DNA of 64,000 bases from Macrostomum lignano (taxonomy: Eukaryota), in assembly GCA_002269645.1 (NCBI GenBank), contig NIVC01000759.1, positions 248,001 through 312,000 of the forward strand. The letters run 5' to 3'. A program made the translations under genes and the position numbers. Below the pieces are notes generated by a model, which saw only the letters and a list, made by a program, of their open reading frames with translations, did not search any database and was not told where the DNA came from. Positions 12,501-23,245 of the stretch are shown piece after piece. Position 1 is the first letter of the stretch. Every line of letters starts with the position of its first letter.

Positions 12501-15500
12501 GGTGTCAGCGGAGACGAGATCGAGGGAACTCGCCAGTCAAGCAGCGATGGCCAGGAGCTCTCGATTTCGGCTGGCACACTGATGGAGAGCTCCTACTACA
12601 GAGTGATGGGACAGCTGTGGAATCTGGGTCAAGAGACTTCATACCTTGTTGCCAACATAACTGTGAATGGGCCTCCAGTAGGCGGCACCTGTCGTGTGGA
12701 TCCTCCTGGAGGTATGTGCTAGCAATTTAATAACAGTTTTGCATATTGCTTAGCAAATATCAATTTTTATTTTGTGCAGCGTTTTTTAAGATGGAAAAGT
12801 CTCCCATTGCTTAAGATTTTCTGACCTATAAGATAATTTTGGATTGTATCGCAAACGTTGTGTGACGGATCTGGTCTCCTGCATGAATTTTTCACTTCTA
12901 TTTGCTTCAGTGGTTAACATGAGGACGCTGGCCTATCTGACCTGCGCCAACTGGACGGAATTCGGAGCGTTCGTTGCTCCGCTGGCGTACTCGGCAACAC
13001 TCTTCCGGTGGGATCCGACTGAGTCGCCGACTCGATTCGACTCTAGTAGCGCCAGTTTTCCCACAGTTTTGCTGCCTGTCGGGGCAAGCAGCGGCTTGGG
13101 CAGCATTGAGTTTAAAATCGCAGATTCTCTTGGAGCAGAGGCGATCTTCACCATCAACATTTCAGTCAGTCTCAGAAAAGCTGTCAAATCTTTGGTCTGG
13201 GAAGTACGATTAAAATGAGACTTGCTCTCGATGTTTTAGATTTCGGCTCTGACGGGCACATCAAGCGAGTTGCTTTCTCTGTTGGAAAAGCTGCTGCACC
13301 CTCTCGACTCGATAATCGCAAGTTTATTCGCCTCCGGTGACTACAGCGCCGCGGCAGTCACCTTGAAGTCAATCGCGCTGGCCATGAATGCCTGGAACGA
13401 AGATGCCTACGGAGCAGCATTGTCTCCGGACGATTTGGCCGCATTCCAGCTGCGAATGACTGCGGTACAATTAGAGATTAAATGTCATTTACAAAGTGGC
13501 AAAAGTTTTAATTATTGTTCTACCTTTTCAGATGAGACTGAAGTATTTGAATTTTGTTAACGCTCTTCCGTTCAACTTCTCGGATGCGTTGCAAGTAACA
13601 ACCATTCTCTTGCGATTTGGAGTGAATTCAACAAGCCAGTTGGATATACCTGGACAGGTAATTAATGTTTGCAGATCAAGAAGCGTAAATAGTTTTTCTT
13701 TAAAATTGGCTTTATCTTTAAAAAACTTTCATCAGGAGCTTGCGGCAAAAACGCTGAGAAAAGTCATCGAACAAGCGCGTATCGAAAGAGCGAACCTGTC
13801 GCACAAAGCCAGCGAAGAAATTCAGGACAATCTACTCAAATCAGGGCTGAGCATTTGGAATGCCTCTGGATTTTGGGCTGGCAACTACAGTAACCGCAGC
13901 ATGGTCAAAGATGTCATGCTGAAGACACTCGACTGCATTGACTCTATAGGGCTTCTAGCGCTTGAGTCTGTCAGCAACTTCACAAAGGTCGAACCCGGCT
14001 TCGCTCTAATGGGCATAACACAGGACGTTCAGGATGCAAATGTCACTGGAGTGAAGGTGGAAACAGATATGGGAAGCGTCTCACTGCCCAGGTTCAGCGC
14101 GGCAGATCCGTCCGGCAAATGCAACATCACATTCATGATGAGCGCAGCCGATCCGTACCACTGGAGCCAGTCGGAGTCCAAAGTCACAACGTCTTTCCTT
14201 CGTGGCCGATCGCAAGGATGCAGCTTTTACGACTTTCCACCATCCCGTGGGCGATCAAGGCGGTCAGCTTCCTCTTCTCCGACCTATGAGATGCAGCTGG
14301 CCGGAGCTCAGGTACCGTTGCTCAGAGTGGCTAAGACTCCCACTGACAAGTGGCTCATGATGTATCACAGCTTCAATGCAACAGGAGAGGTCGTCCAGCT
14401 CGTCATCCAACCCGATGCTGGACATCAGCTCGAAGTTTTCCTGCACGAAGGCACCGCGCCAGATCCTCTTAACTACACTCTCCACCGAGTAGTGCCGCAG
14501 TCACTCAACTCGACCAATGACACCGCAACAAAGGAGCTGATTTTCATTCCAGCTGATATGTTCTCAATTAACCAAACGGTGTTCGTAGGAGTGAAGAAGC
14601 TGGGCTGCTCAAGGGACTCGTCTGGCTCACTGACTTGCAGCAACTGCACCTTGCTGTATCATCTGGGAATCTCCACTCAACAGTGCTACGCATGGGACAG
14701 CGGGGTCGACGAGTGGCGCCTGTTGGATAGCGCCAAGTGCCAGGTAAGACGACTTAAGTGACAGTCGAGCTCACAATTTTAGAGCTAGAATTCGAGTCTG
14801 ATTTGCAAATCGATCACTCTAACTTTCAGGCAAGCGAGCAGACGGCGGTGGCGAGGCCGGCTTTCAAGGTGAACCTATTCGGCAGCATCGGAGCTGGAAT
14901 CTCATTCGTGCCCAACACGATCGACTTCGGCAAGCTGTTCGAAAACTGGCAGGGCAAGCTGAGCGAAAGCAGGGCAGTGCTGTCTGTTGTGATCGTTCTG
15001 TGGGTTCTGTTCATTCCTCTGGCAGTGTTACTGAGACGAATGGACCTGCGGGATGCACAGAAGGTGAGCAGTCAGCCCAGCTCTGATGAGTCGTGTTTTA
15101 TGTCTTGTAAACCAGTTGACTTACTGTGAATCGTCTCTCATTTCAGTTTCAATTTTTGCCCCTGAAAGACGAGCGGGAGCAGAAAGGCTTCGTCTACAAA
15201 ATTGAGGTGTTCAACGGGTCGAAAAGAGGCTATGAAGTCCCTGTTGGAGTCTTCATCTCAGTTAAAGGCCTGAATGCGAGCGAGCTACTGAGAACTCTGG
15301 ATGACGGAGAGAGACGGGTCAGCTTCTTGTTTTTTTACTTTCCGAATTTTTTGATTCAAGGTAAACTGATTTTCAGATTAGTTACAATTCGAACCTTACA
15401 GAACTTTGAAAGCGGTGGTGTTGACAACTTCCTGATGACGACTAAAGCGCATCTGGGTGACATTCGATCCATCTGTCTGACATTTGACAAGACCGAGTCC

Positions 15501-18500
15501 GGTGCCGGCCGATGGTACGTCAGTCGCCTGATCGTCACTGACTGCACCAACGACAACAAGTACATCTTTGTGATTGAAGACTGGTTGAGTCCGGGCATCG
15601 ACTCTGCTGTCAACTGCGCCTCATCGATCGACCTCAAGTTCTCAAAGAACCTCGTCCGCAACCACCTGAGCAGACGGATGCAGGATGACCACATCTGGTT
15701 TTCAATGCTGCGACGGAAAGTGGACACAAACTTCAGTCGATTGCAGCGTCTCGGAGTGTGCTGGAGTCTACTCTTCATGACGATGATTGCCAATGCCATG
15801 TGGTATGAGCGAACTTTGTGTATTCAACTTCAAAGTATCTCATTTTTACAATAAGGATAAAGAGTAAAAGTAGTAAAATGAAATCCATCAACCTCTTGCT
15901 TGATTTGCCCTGTCTGATTCCTGCAGGTACGAAGTCGCCGACAGCTCGTCGGAGGCCTTCCGAATCGGACCGGTGAAGGTTTCTTACGGCTCCCTCATCA
16001 CTTCAATACTCGGTGCGCTCACAGTGCTGCCCGTGTCCATGGCGACTGTCCTGCTGTTTCTCAAGTCCAAGCGACAGCCGCAACATATCGAGCCTGCGCA
16101 GCGGTACCGACCTCAGTCGAGTCGAAGTCGGCGCGTCATCAACAGCGATGCGGCGATGACCGAGGATGTGACTGAGTCTGAGGAGGAAGAGAAGACCTGG
16201 ATCTCTAAATTCTCTCTGCCTCACTGGTGCCAGTACGTTGGTTGGGTGCTTCTCGTTTTAAGTGTGCTCACTGCCGGCGTGTTCATTGTCTTCTATGCAA
16301 TGGACTGGGGCAAGGAGAAGTCGGAAGGCTGGTTGCTTGCGTTTTTCTTTTCCTTCTTTGAGACGGTGTTGCTTCTCCAGCCGCTGAAAGTGTTGGCTGT
16401 CGGGTTGGTGCTGGCTCTGCTGATGAGGAAGGACTACGACTCCATGGATGCCCACAGCGTCCGAGTTCGCGAGATTCATGACGGTCGAGGTGAGATTTTG
16501 AGTGTTCTGAAATACTTTCTTTTATGCTGTAGAAATATGTTATTATTCATCAAATTTCAGAGAAGTTCATGCTTCTCCAAGACGTCCTCGCTTCGCAGTC
16601 GAACGACGCACTCCGCAAGAAGGCAAAGTCAACAGCGATCAGCATCGGCCTGAACCTTGCGTACCTGTTCCTTTTGTACTGCGTCTGCTATGGCTCCATG
16701 GATCCGGTCGTGTTTCACCTGAACAACGGCTTGAAGATGCGGCTTACCGTCAACCAGCCGAGTCCTCAGTTCAGCCTTGACAAGGTTTGCAATAAGGCCC
16801 TTTTTGCAATATTGGGATACAAGTTGTGCTCACTGTTTCTTATGTTTGCACTTCCCTGACGAACTCCAGGTGCAGAAATGGGAGGACATTCACACCTGGC
16901 TGAACCGCACAGTTCTACCAAATCTCTATCCGACTGTGGCTGCGAATGGCCAACCATTGAGTGAAGCTGAGCAGAAGTTCATCTCCGATGGTGTTGGCTT
17001 TCGGTTGGGTCGCGTGAAGCTGAGACAGCTCAGGGTGCGTCCCGTGTGGCGCGACTCTCTGGCAGTGTCTGCCGAGTACAGTGCGAGCACTGAAGATCGC
17101 AGCTGCTACGGCATCGGCTGGCGCACCCAACTGCCCTGCAACCACACTGGGAGCGGCCTTGACGCTGCATTCCACGCCAGAACGGTCACCCCGTGGCCAA
17201 CATGGGGCACGTACAACTCATACAGCGGAAGGGGCTACGTGCTCGACCTGCCAAACAACTTCTCTAAAGCCATCTCGCTCCTGCAAGAGGCCACGCATTG
17301 CCATTGGATTGATAACTACACACGAGCCGTGCTGCTTGAATGCAGCTTGTTCTACCCTGACACCAACTTCTTTACATCCGTGTCCATCCTGACCGAGCTG
17401 CCTCCGTTCGGCGGCGCCTTGAGCTCCGCCAGTCTGCGATCAACGAGCCTTTACCGGTACATCGGCGCCAGCGGAGCCCTTCGACTGTGTGCTGAGCTGC
17501 TGGCCGCTGCAATCACTCTGGTACTGTTGCTGCTGCAACTGCGGTCTTGTTGGCTTCAGGGCTTCTCAAAACACTTCTCCAATCCGTGGAATGTGTCGCA
17601 CCTGCTCACAAACCTCACCATGATTGCCGGCCTCGTGTTTCTTCTGCTGCGCAGCTTCGCCACAGTTGCAGCCCTGGAGTCCATGCAGAACTCCAACTCT
17701 GGCAATCTGGAAACTGTCATGTTCTTCGACGAGTCGTTCTACTACTGCCTCGGCATCGCCATGTTCCTCGTCCAGATCGGCTTTCTCAACCTGGTCCGCT
17801 ACTCCCGCAGTCTGGCCCACCTGTCGGGCACTCTGAGGAACTCACTGTCGGAGCTGAGGTCGTTCTTCTGGGTGTTTCTCGTAATCTTCTTGGCCTTCGC
17901 CTTCATCGCCAATCTGGTTCTGGGACCCGTGGACGGAGAGTACCGCAGTCTGATGCAGACGATGATCACACAGCTGTCCGTGATGCTGGGAAAGTTCAAT
18001 GCCACTTTTGAAGACAGCCGCAGCGCCCTGTACAAGATCCTGTTCTTCTCCTACACATTCACGATCGTGTTCATAGTGCTGAACATCTTTGTGGTTCTGC
18101 TGAATGAGAGCTATGCGGATGCGACCAACTCCAGCGACGACGAGCAGCAGCAGGAGGCTTTCCAGGTCGTCGACACTGTCATCCAGTCGTTTAAGTCCAT
18201 CTTTCGTTTGGAACGCCAACCGCAGTACTGTGATTTTGGTAAGTGAAACGTCCGACTGCAATGATTTTGCACAGTTGTCATAATAGTTTCCACCATAATT
18301 AGATCCAATACTTGTAAATGCAAAAACGTTTTAGTCAGTTCTCAGAGGTATATGACTCGACATAATCATTATAACGCAAACTTTATGAATCGTCCCATTG
18401 TCGGGAAGTCTTCAGATGATGGTTAGCTCTACCAGTCGATGCCAGTCAGCTCTAGTCAGATTAGATTACAGGCAGGGGGCTGTGTGCACCTTGGCGCACT

Positions 18501-18948
18501 TTAAGCGACATTGTCACACAACCGGCGAGAGGCATTACTGCCCATTCCGCAGACTCTCCTGAGCAGGCACACAAGCGCGTGGATACGCACGCAGTCATAC
18601 GGACACACTCACACAGCGGCCCTGACCTTATTTATTTATCGATAGGCATGTACACTTCACTCTGCATTGGGGGTTGGCCCTCAAAGGCGTTAATTGCACG
18701 AGCAGATCCAAGCTGGGATTCCAATTTAGCCATAATTAATGTGACTGCACTTGGAATCGAGCCTGGGCCGCTGGCACATCAGAGCGCCGCGCCAGACCGC
18801 TGGGCTGCGGCCCCCTCCCAAATCAGCTCTAAACAGTATAAAACTCGCCCCATACTCAGGAATGGACAGTCGCCTTCTGACTCTTATGGAGAAGTTCGAG
18901 GAGATGCAGCACGCCTTGGAAGCCGCTGTTTTTGATAAAAGAGGATGA
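313..18948 (+). CDS. Polycystin-1 family (PKD1-like/PKDREJ-like) receptor-channel gene, spliced, whole span
   Basis: Phase-consistent GT-AG exon chain read by hand: 313-409, 446-514, 1290-1745, 3063-3283, 3372-3513, 5029-5433, 5554-5832, 5936-6057, 6144-6305, 6850-~7020, ~7113-7734, 7876-8952, 9035-9466, 9556-12711, 12911-13164, 13240-13464, 13532-13657, 13736-14743, 14830-15063, 15147-15317, 15402-15802, 15927-16489, 16561-16784, 16870-18238, 18827-18948 (TGA). Domain order: signal peptide, lectin-like modules, PKD/REJ, GAIN, TM1 after FVPNTIDF, PLAT, TM2-5, TOP (RLGRVKLRQLRV) and six-TM channel. Subfamily cannot be assigned without phylogeny. Confidence 0.92.
950..1289 (+). repeat. Intronic minisatellite, ~20-bp unit AGTCCCAATCACCTGCAGCG
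   Basis: About 16 tandem units; the last unit ends in the CTGCAG acceptor of exon 1290. Confidence 0.95.
1290..1745 (+). CDS. PKD1-like exon, F5/8 type C (discoidin)-like domain 1
   Basis: LLFEFDLANL...YVKTFHLAYG...SIQARVLKLTPVDFVGNKSIKIEFIG fits the discoidin pattern (YVKxF.l.Y...I.AR.iRl.P..w...lRlE.yG). Acceptor CTGCAG| at 1289, donor G|GTGAG at 1745. Confidence 0.75.
3063..3513 (+). CDS. PKD1-like exons 3063-3283 and 3372-3513, discoidin-like domain 2
   Basis: ECPP...HTVFLMDLYHLTNVT...|...GTINAARFRVYFKSRDCENVTFKLYGCLAD, with the typical discoidin C-terminal ARxFRV...xYGC. Splice sites and phases are consistent. Confidence 0.65.
3865..3985 (-). mobile_element. Diverged partial copy of the SINE-like repeat at 18590-18815
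   Basis: Shares ordered motifs (cactcacac, gccctga, catgt.cact, tgg.gg.tggcc.tc.aa.g, gcacg) with 18600-18700. Confidence 0.4.
5029..5433 (+). CDS. PKD1-like exon, C-type lectin-like domain
   Basis: ECPASSFYFNGQCYFAAK...QQLC...HLGLVRDGSGWAIEGS...KWSFWEP...W...HVICEI is a CTLD skeleton (C..F..CY, xLGL, W, ICE). Symmetric phase-1 exon. Confidence 0.8.
5554..7020 (+). CDS. PKD1-like exons 5554-5832, 5936-6057, 6144-6305, 6850-~7020: Cys-containing module plus discoidin-like domain 3
   Basis: Joined translation ...FWTGTRLT|LILPKKYLLQSM...FVMEFYNYNAKSW...|...LRLTTTWDRSLGIKMDLFV resembles a discoidin beta-sandwich. Phases match. Confidence 0.55.
6326..6437. repeat. 22-bp tandem repeat (CTGCAAACTTTACCAATGCACA) just after the donor at 6305
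   Basis: About 4-5 units visible. Confidence 0.85.
7113..7734 (+). CDS. PKD1-like exon, fibrinogen C-terminal-related (FReD) domain
   Basis: VVYQK..RTPVDYRTGF..FWNGLDFLELL..LRLEATNSQG..YVEC..WVGS..YPMH..LNNAQF..SCA..WWQSQC..NL..RMRL aligns by eye to the FReD consensus (TVFQR, Y..GF, FWLGL, LRI.L, F.VG, CA, WW..C..NL, MKI). Confidence 0.75.
7876..9466 (+). CDS. PKD1-like exons 7876-8952 and 9035-9466: EGF-like Cys cluster plus Ig-like (CARDB-like) repeats
   Basis: CTMDAEC...C...CGC cluster, then repeated modules ending in D/ExDxxNN..C (DSDPTNNALC, ESNFSNSLAC). Confidence 0.55.
9556..12711 (+). CDS. PKD1-like giant exon: PKD repeats and REJ domain
   Basis: HSFNDPGVYDIHVLASS and HLYSAAGNYTVIVNASNPVS are PKD repeats. 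PCYKPRLRL...LPYGLYNVSF...LNASATATDFD...TFQWSC...VNGPPVGGTCRVDP is REJ. Confidence 0.9.
12911..15063 (+). CDS. PKD1-like exons: end of REJ, GAIN/GPS region and TM1
   Basis: Exons 12911-13164, 13240-13464, 13532-13657, 13736-14743, 14830-15063. CYAWD...W...C then FVPNTIDF followed by a hydrophobic helix (VLSVVIVLWVLFIPLAVLL). Confidence 0.85.
15147..15802 (+). CDS. PKD1-like exons: PLAT/LH2 domain and TM2
   Basis: YKIEVFNG...VFISVKG...|NFESGGVDNF...LGDIRSI...WYVSRLIV...DWL, then HIWFS...FSRLQRLGVCWSLLF...ANAMW. Confidence 0.88.
15927..18948 (+). CDS. PKD1-like exons: TM3-5, TOP domain, polycystin cation-channel TM6-11 and C-terminal coiled coil
   Basis: LPHWCQYVGW, WLLAFFFSFFETVLLLQPLKV, RLGRVKLRQLRV, YSGRGYVLDL, WIDNYTRAV, FFTSV, FIVLNIFVVLLNESY. 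Last exon 18827-18948 ends DSRLLTLMEKFEEMQ...KRG*. Confidence 0.92.
18590..18815 (-). mobile_element. tRNA-derived SINE-like element in the last PKD1-like intron
   Basis: Minus strand reads GCCCAGCGGTCTGGCGCG (A-box-like) ... GGCTCGATTCC (B-box-like, one mismatch), then a body and a TG-rich tail. A related copy is at ~3865-3985. Confidence 0.5.
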
Positions 18949-19954
18949 GAGCACGAACAGTCAAACGAACTTATATTAATATTTGTCTTTTCTTTTTTCT
19001 CCATTTAGTTCAGTGTTAAGTTCAGTCCAATTTTCGTATTGTTCTTTTGGTAATGGACTATGATTGAACTAAATCGCCTCTTTTAAACGTGCGTTACGAG
19101 CTAACAATATTTAAAACTGTCTTTCTGCGAAAACTTTTTACTGTAAGCTTCTAATAATATTTACTATTTTTCTGCAACAGAATTACTGTATTCTTTCATA
19201 TTTAACTTTCTTTACTTGCACTACGCAGCATGCAGCGGTTCGAGTACCAGATTAGAGGGATCGCACCTACGTATACAGCGGGTGGCTTACTGGGACAAAA
19301 GAGGAACTGAAAAATTAATTTCTCTACACTGGCGCTTGCATGCTTCAACTTGATAATTAAACAATAAACCTTTACTGTCTTACAAATACTTTATTGGATT
19401 AGCTATTCTACTGCACACTGTTTTTTGCGCTTTGATCAGTCTTATTCGAGTTATTTATAATTAATCGACATTTCTATAACACAGTGAGGTACCGTGTGGG
19501 GCATTTTCTCAACAATGACGTTTGATACGATGCATTTACATGCAATTTGTTAAGGATGGAGGACCGTAGAGGTGATATAATATTATCAAACGAGTATTTA
19601 TACCTGAAATGAATATTTAGCGCCATGGATTTGATGCTTTATTCGGGATGCTGGCTGATTTTGTTGGTTAGACACTCCGATCATTTTGGCGCATTGGAGC
19701 AAAATTCTGGATTTGCATTATTGAACTGTGCAGGTTTAAGATGACTGTTTTTGGTCATTTAAGCGTTTTGAAAAAAAACTACAAAACCGGTCACAAAGGG
19801 CCTTTTCATATTACCAATTCCAGAACCAGAATCGGTTCGGAATTTCAAGAAAAACAGCAGTATAACTATTAAACTCTGTTAATATTTGACTGCCTTAACA
19901 ACCTGTCGGAGGGGTATTTAAACTGAGTTGGGAATCCTACAATTGCCACCAAGT

Positions 19955-20661
19955 TGTCGCAGGTGTAATTAATTATTGAATTTTATCTTATTTTACTAAT
20001 GCTGCCAGGTTGTTCCAGGGGAAATTTCGCTATAATTCTAGAGTTTCATTGAACTACTAAAATACGATGTTAGGAAGGTAAGATTATTGGCTTTCGCGTA
20101 AGTACGGATTGCCCTGGTAGCGCCCAGTGCCCGAGCGGCAAGACACTGTTTAGCTAGGGGGATAGGGGGGGAATGACTAAGTCCTAAAGCAGCGTCCTCC
20201 AATGGATCGAGGTTGCCCGGTGAATTTCAGTTTCCTCTTACGGATTTGCTTTTGTCATATACGACTTCACATTGGTTGTTCAGTTCGAATATTTCTATTG
20301 GGATATTTCTCCCTCTTCAATTGGCTCTCTACGCCTTTACTGCTCGCGGTTCCGCTATTGGCTTTTAGACTGATCGTCTTGAGCTTTCGGTAATTTTTAC
20401 CTGGCCAATGAGCATTCGCTCTTTATTCTTGGCAAATAAGGAAGGCTTTAGCAAGATTCGCTTATTCAGTTTGTTAGGCAAATAGCCTTGAACCAAAAAC
20501 GGTTGCCTGAATTGCCCAGAATTGCCCAGAATGACTCTGGGCGCTGAATTCCCTTCTATTTATACGAAAAATTGGGGTGGGGACGGGTGCATTCAAACAA
20601 AATTCTACAAACTTCGTGGTTACTAAGAAAACGGCGGGGATTCAAAACTTGGCCTCTCTCA
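19955..20661 (-). repeat. 3' LTR (707 bp)
   Basis: No difference from 29027-29733 found by eye. On the - strand: TATAAATAG (20556-20564) and AATAAA (20422-20427). Confidence 0.95.
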
Positions 20662-20664
20662 ACT

Positions 20665-20676
20665 GGCTTCCCTAAG
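20665..20676 (-). promoter_or_regulatory. Probable polypurine tract (TAGGGAAGCC) before the 3' LTR
   Basis: Short purine-rich run separated from the LTR TG by AGT; weak. Confidence 0.45.
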
Positions 20677-21288
20677 GATAATTTTCGAATAAGAAAAATA
20701 AAAGTGAGAAAATTATTCTACTCATTACTATCAGTAGTAAAACGGTGCAATAAAGTAATTAATGATAGAGCTAGATAAACAGACACAGAGATAAAACTTG
20801 TTTAGAAATAGGTGCACATAAAGTGTAGGCAGAATATGAAAGCATATAAAAATTAAGCAATAAATGTGATAGATTAATCGCAAAGCTAAGTATGAAGTTG
20901 CAAACTAGCATTTGGTGATACATGCTTAGGGATTAAAATGAGTGTAGGGTAAAATTCGTAAGCGTAGGTGTGAGAGTGCATTTCTTATGTAGAAGAGAAC
21001 ATTTATGCTTTACCTGGCGGATAAGTGAAAAAGATCGTCGATGAGTACTAGTATACTAATTGAGCAACGGTGCATAATCGCGTGCATAAAAATCGAACTA
21101 TAAAAAATGTAGCGCGTTGCAGGCACAAAGTCAACAAGTATTATTTCAAAGCACCATAGAATAATAATTCAAACAATTGAGTACTAAACTGACATAGATA
21201 AACATTAAGCTCACGCGTCTATGAATGACCTGTAATATTATAAGTAAGTAAACCTGTGCTAGCATCACTGGTATTAATAGTTCATATC

Positions 21289-23245
21289 TCACTCCATGTC
21301 GAACTCCTCAGGCAGCGGTCCTCCCCAGTCGAGAATCTCGGCCATCCACCTCACTTCGATTCGGAGAAGAGTGGCGTAGTACGGCTGGCCAGCCGCACGT
21401 AACGCCTGCAGCGCGTAGGCAACTGCCCGCCTCCAAGCGGCAATCGCCTGCTCCTGCGAGTAACTGTTGATGAGCAGAGTTAGAACCGGCCGCACATGGG
21501 CTCTCTGTGGTAGAGCGCGATCCAATCTGACGTTCGCAATGCGCATGAGGTACCTCCTGGTATGCCTTAATCAGGGCAATCATTTTCTTGAAATGGGCGT
21601 GCCGCTCTTCCGGCATCTCGCTCAGAATGCGACTTAGGTTGGCGCCAAGCCCATTCTCGTCGATGGGGCGCGGGAACTGTCTCCGCTCCGGTTGCTGTTG
21701 ATATTGAGGCTGGCTCACGGCGCAAGCCCCTGTCTTCCAGTCATTCGCCTGCGGGTAGATCATTGTCTGACGCGGCGGATAGGAGGCCGATTGTGAAGCC
21801 TGCGGTTGTTGTTGCAGCAGAGGTGGCGACGCTTGCGGCTGCGCCTGTTGCGACCATACCAGCGGCTGTGGCTGTGGTTGCTGCTGCGGCTGCGGCGGCT
21901 GCGGCTGCGGCGGCTGCGGCGGCTGCGGCTGCGGCGGCTGCGGCTGCGGCTGCGTCAACAGCTGCGGCGGCGGCTGCGGCTGCGGCTTTGGCTTTGGTGG
22001 CTGCTGCGGCTGTGGCGGCTGCGGCTGCGGCGGCTGCGGCTGCGGCTGCGTCAACAGCTGCGGCGGTGGCTGCGGCTGCGGCTGTGGCTTTGGCTTTGGC
22101 TGTCGCCGAGCCGGCTGCCGGCGGGGCGCTGATGACTTCCTCCGTGATGCTGTTGACTCCTGCCGAGCCGATCGCGCTTTCGGCGGGGATGTTCGCACTG
22201 GTCGCTGCTGCTGTAGCGGAGGCCTGGGCAGGATCCGCCGCACTGCGGGGCCAAGACGCAGCATTACCGTCGAATTCGCGGCTTCGGGGTGCCTCTTGGC
22301 AACATTAGGGCTGTCGATGACTCTGGCCGCCTGCCATTGCAGGATGGCAGCACGATTCTCAGCAGCCTGAGACACCGGGATCCGTGACGTAGCAGTCTTC
22401 TTGGACTGCACTGGGGCCCGCACTGGTGACCCGACTCGCTTGACCACCGACCGTAACCGGGCTCCGGGCTTAGTCGGCAGTGTGCGCTGTCTTTCGGGCA
22501 CCTCTATATCTCGGTCACCTTGAATCGGTGGGCGTTTCGGAACGGTGCTCCGGTTGTCATTGGCTGCGTCGCCCTGCTTGCCTGCAGTAGCGCCGGCTTT
22601 AGTGCCAGTTCCGGCTGGTGCCGACACAACAGTGCCAGCGTCGGCGGTTGCGATCGTGCCGGGGTCGGCCAGTACAGGGTTGCCAGATTCGGCAGATGCG
22701 GCTGTGCCAGGTTCGGCAATTGTGCCAGATTCGGCGGTTGCTGATGTGCCAGGTTCGGCAATTGTGCCAGATTCGGCGGTTGCTGATGTGCCAGGTTCGG
22801 CAATTGCTGATGTGCCAGGTTCGGCAATTGCTGATGTGCCAGGTTCGGCAATTGTGCCAGATTCGGCAATTGCTGATGTGCCAGGTTCGGCAGTCGCTAC
22901 CACTACTTCCTCCTGGAGATCGAACGGGTCGTCCAAACTCGGGAGCTCGTTGAGCAAGAAAATTCGTCTTCTTGATCGCTCATAGCTGTTTCCGAAATTC
23001 TCGGTATCTCTGCAAATATGTGTGGCTTCCTGGGCCTCGCTTATATAGGCCTCTCCGGGGGGGGGGGGTCCCAGGAAAGGGATCGTGGCCTCTGATTTGT
23101 TTAGACAGCCAATTTCCCACCAATGGGATTGCTTCCTCACGCCTTTGCGCCTGTGCGCGCCTTCCTTCTGTTTCCCGTCTCTCAATAGGTCAGATTGGGC
23201 AATAGGCGCCACACTGTAATCAGCCTTTTCAGATAGCACGAGCAT
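21289..23245 (-). CDS. Third ORF of the LTR element, unknown function (repeat-rich, no TM)
   Basis: 645-aa ORF from ATG 23245. AEPGTSAI/AESGTI repeats and a Q/P tract. A likely 1-nt shift near 21550 continues it into the helical ORF 21289-21546. Confidence 0.6.

Noticed and set aside
20202-20393. Duplicated 63-aa ORF (also at 29274-29465)
   Set aside because: Incidental ORF within the LTRs; it only reflects LTR identity.
21763-22985. Plus-strand poly-Ala, poly-RL and VPGSA ORFs
   Set aside because: Antisense shadows of the repeats in the retroelement ORF3.
21289-23245. ORF3 as an envelope gene
   Set aside because: No signal peptide, no TM anchor and no fusion-protein Cys pattern.
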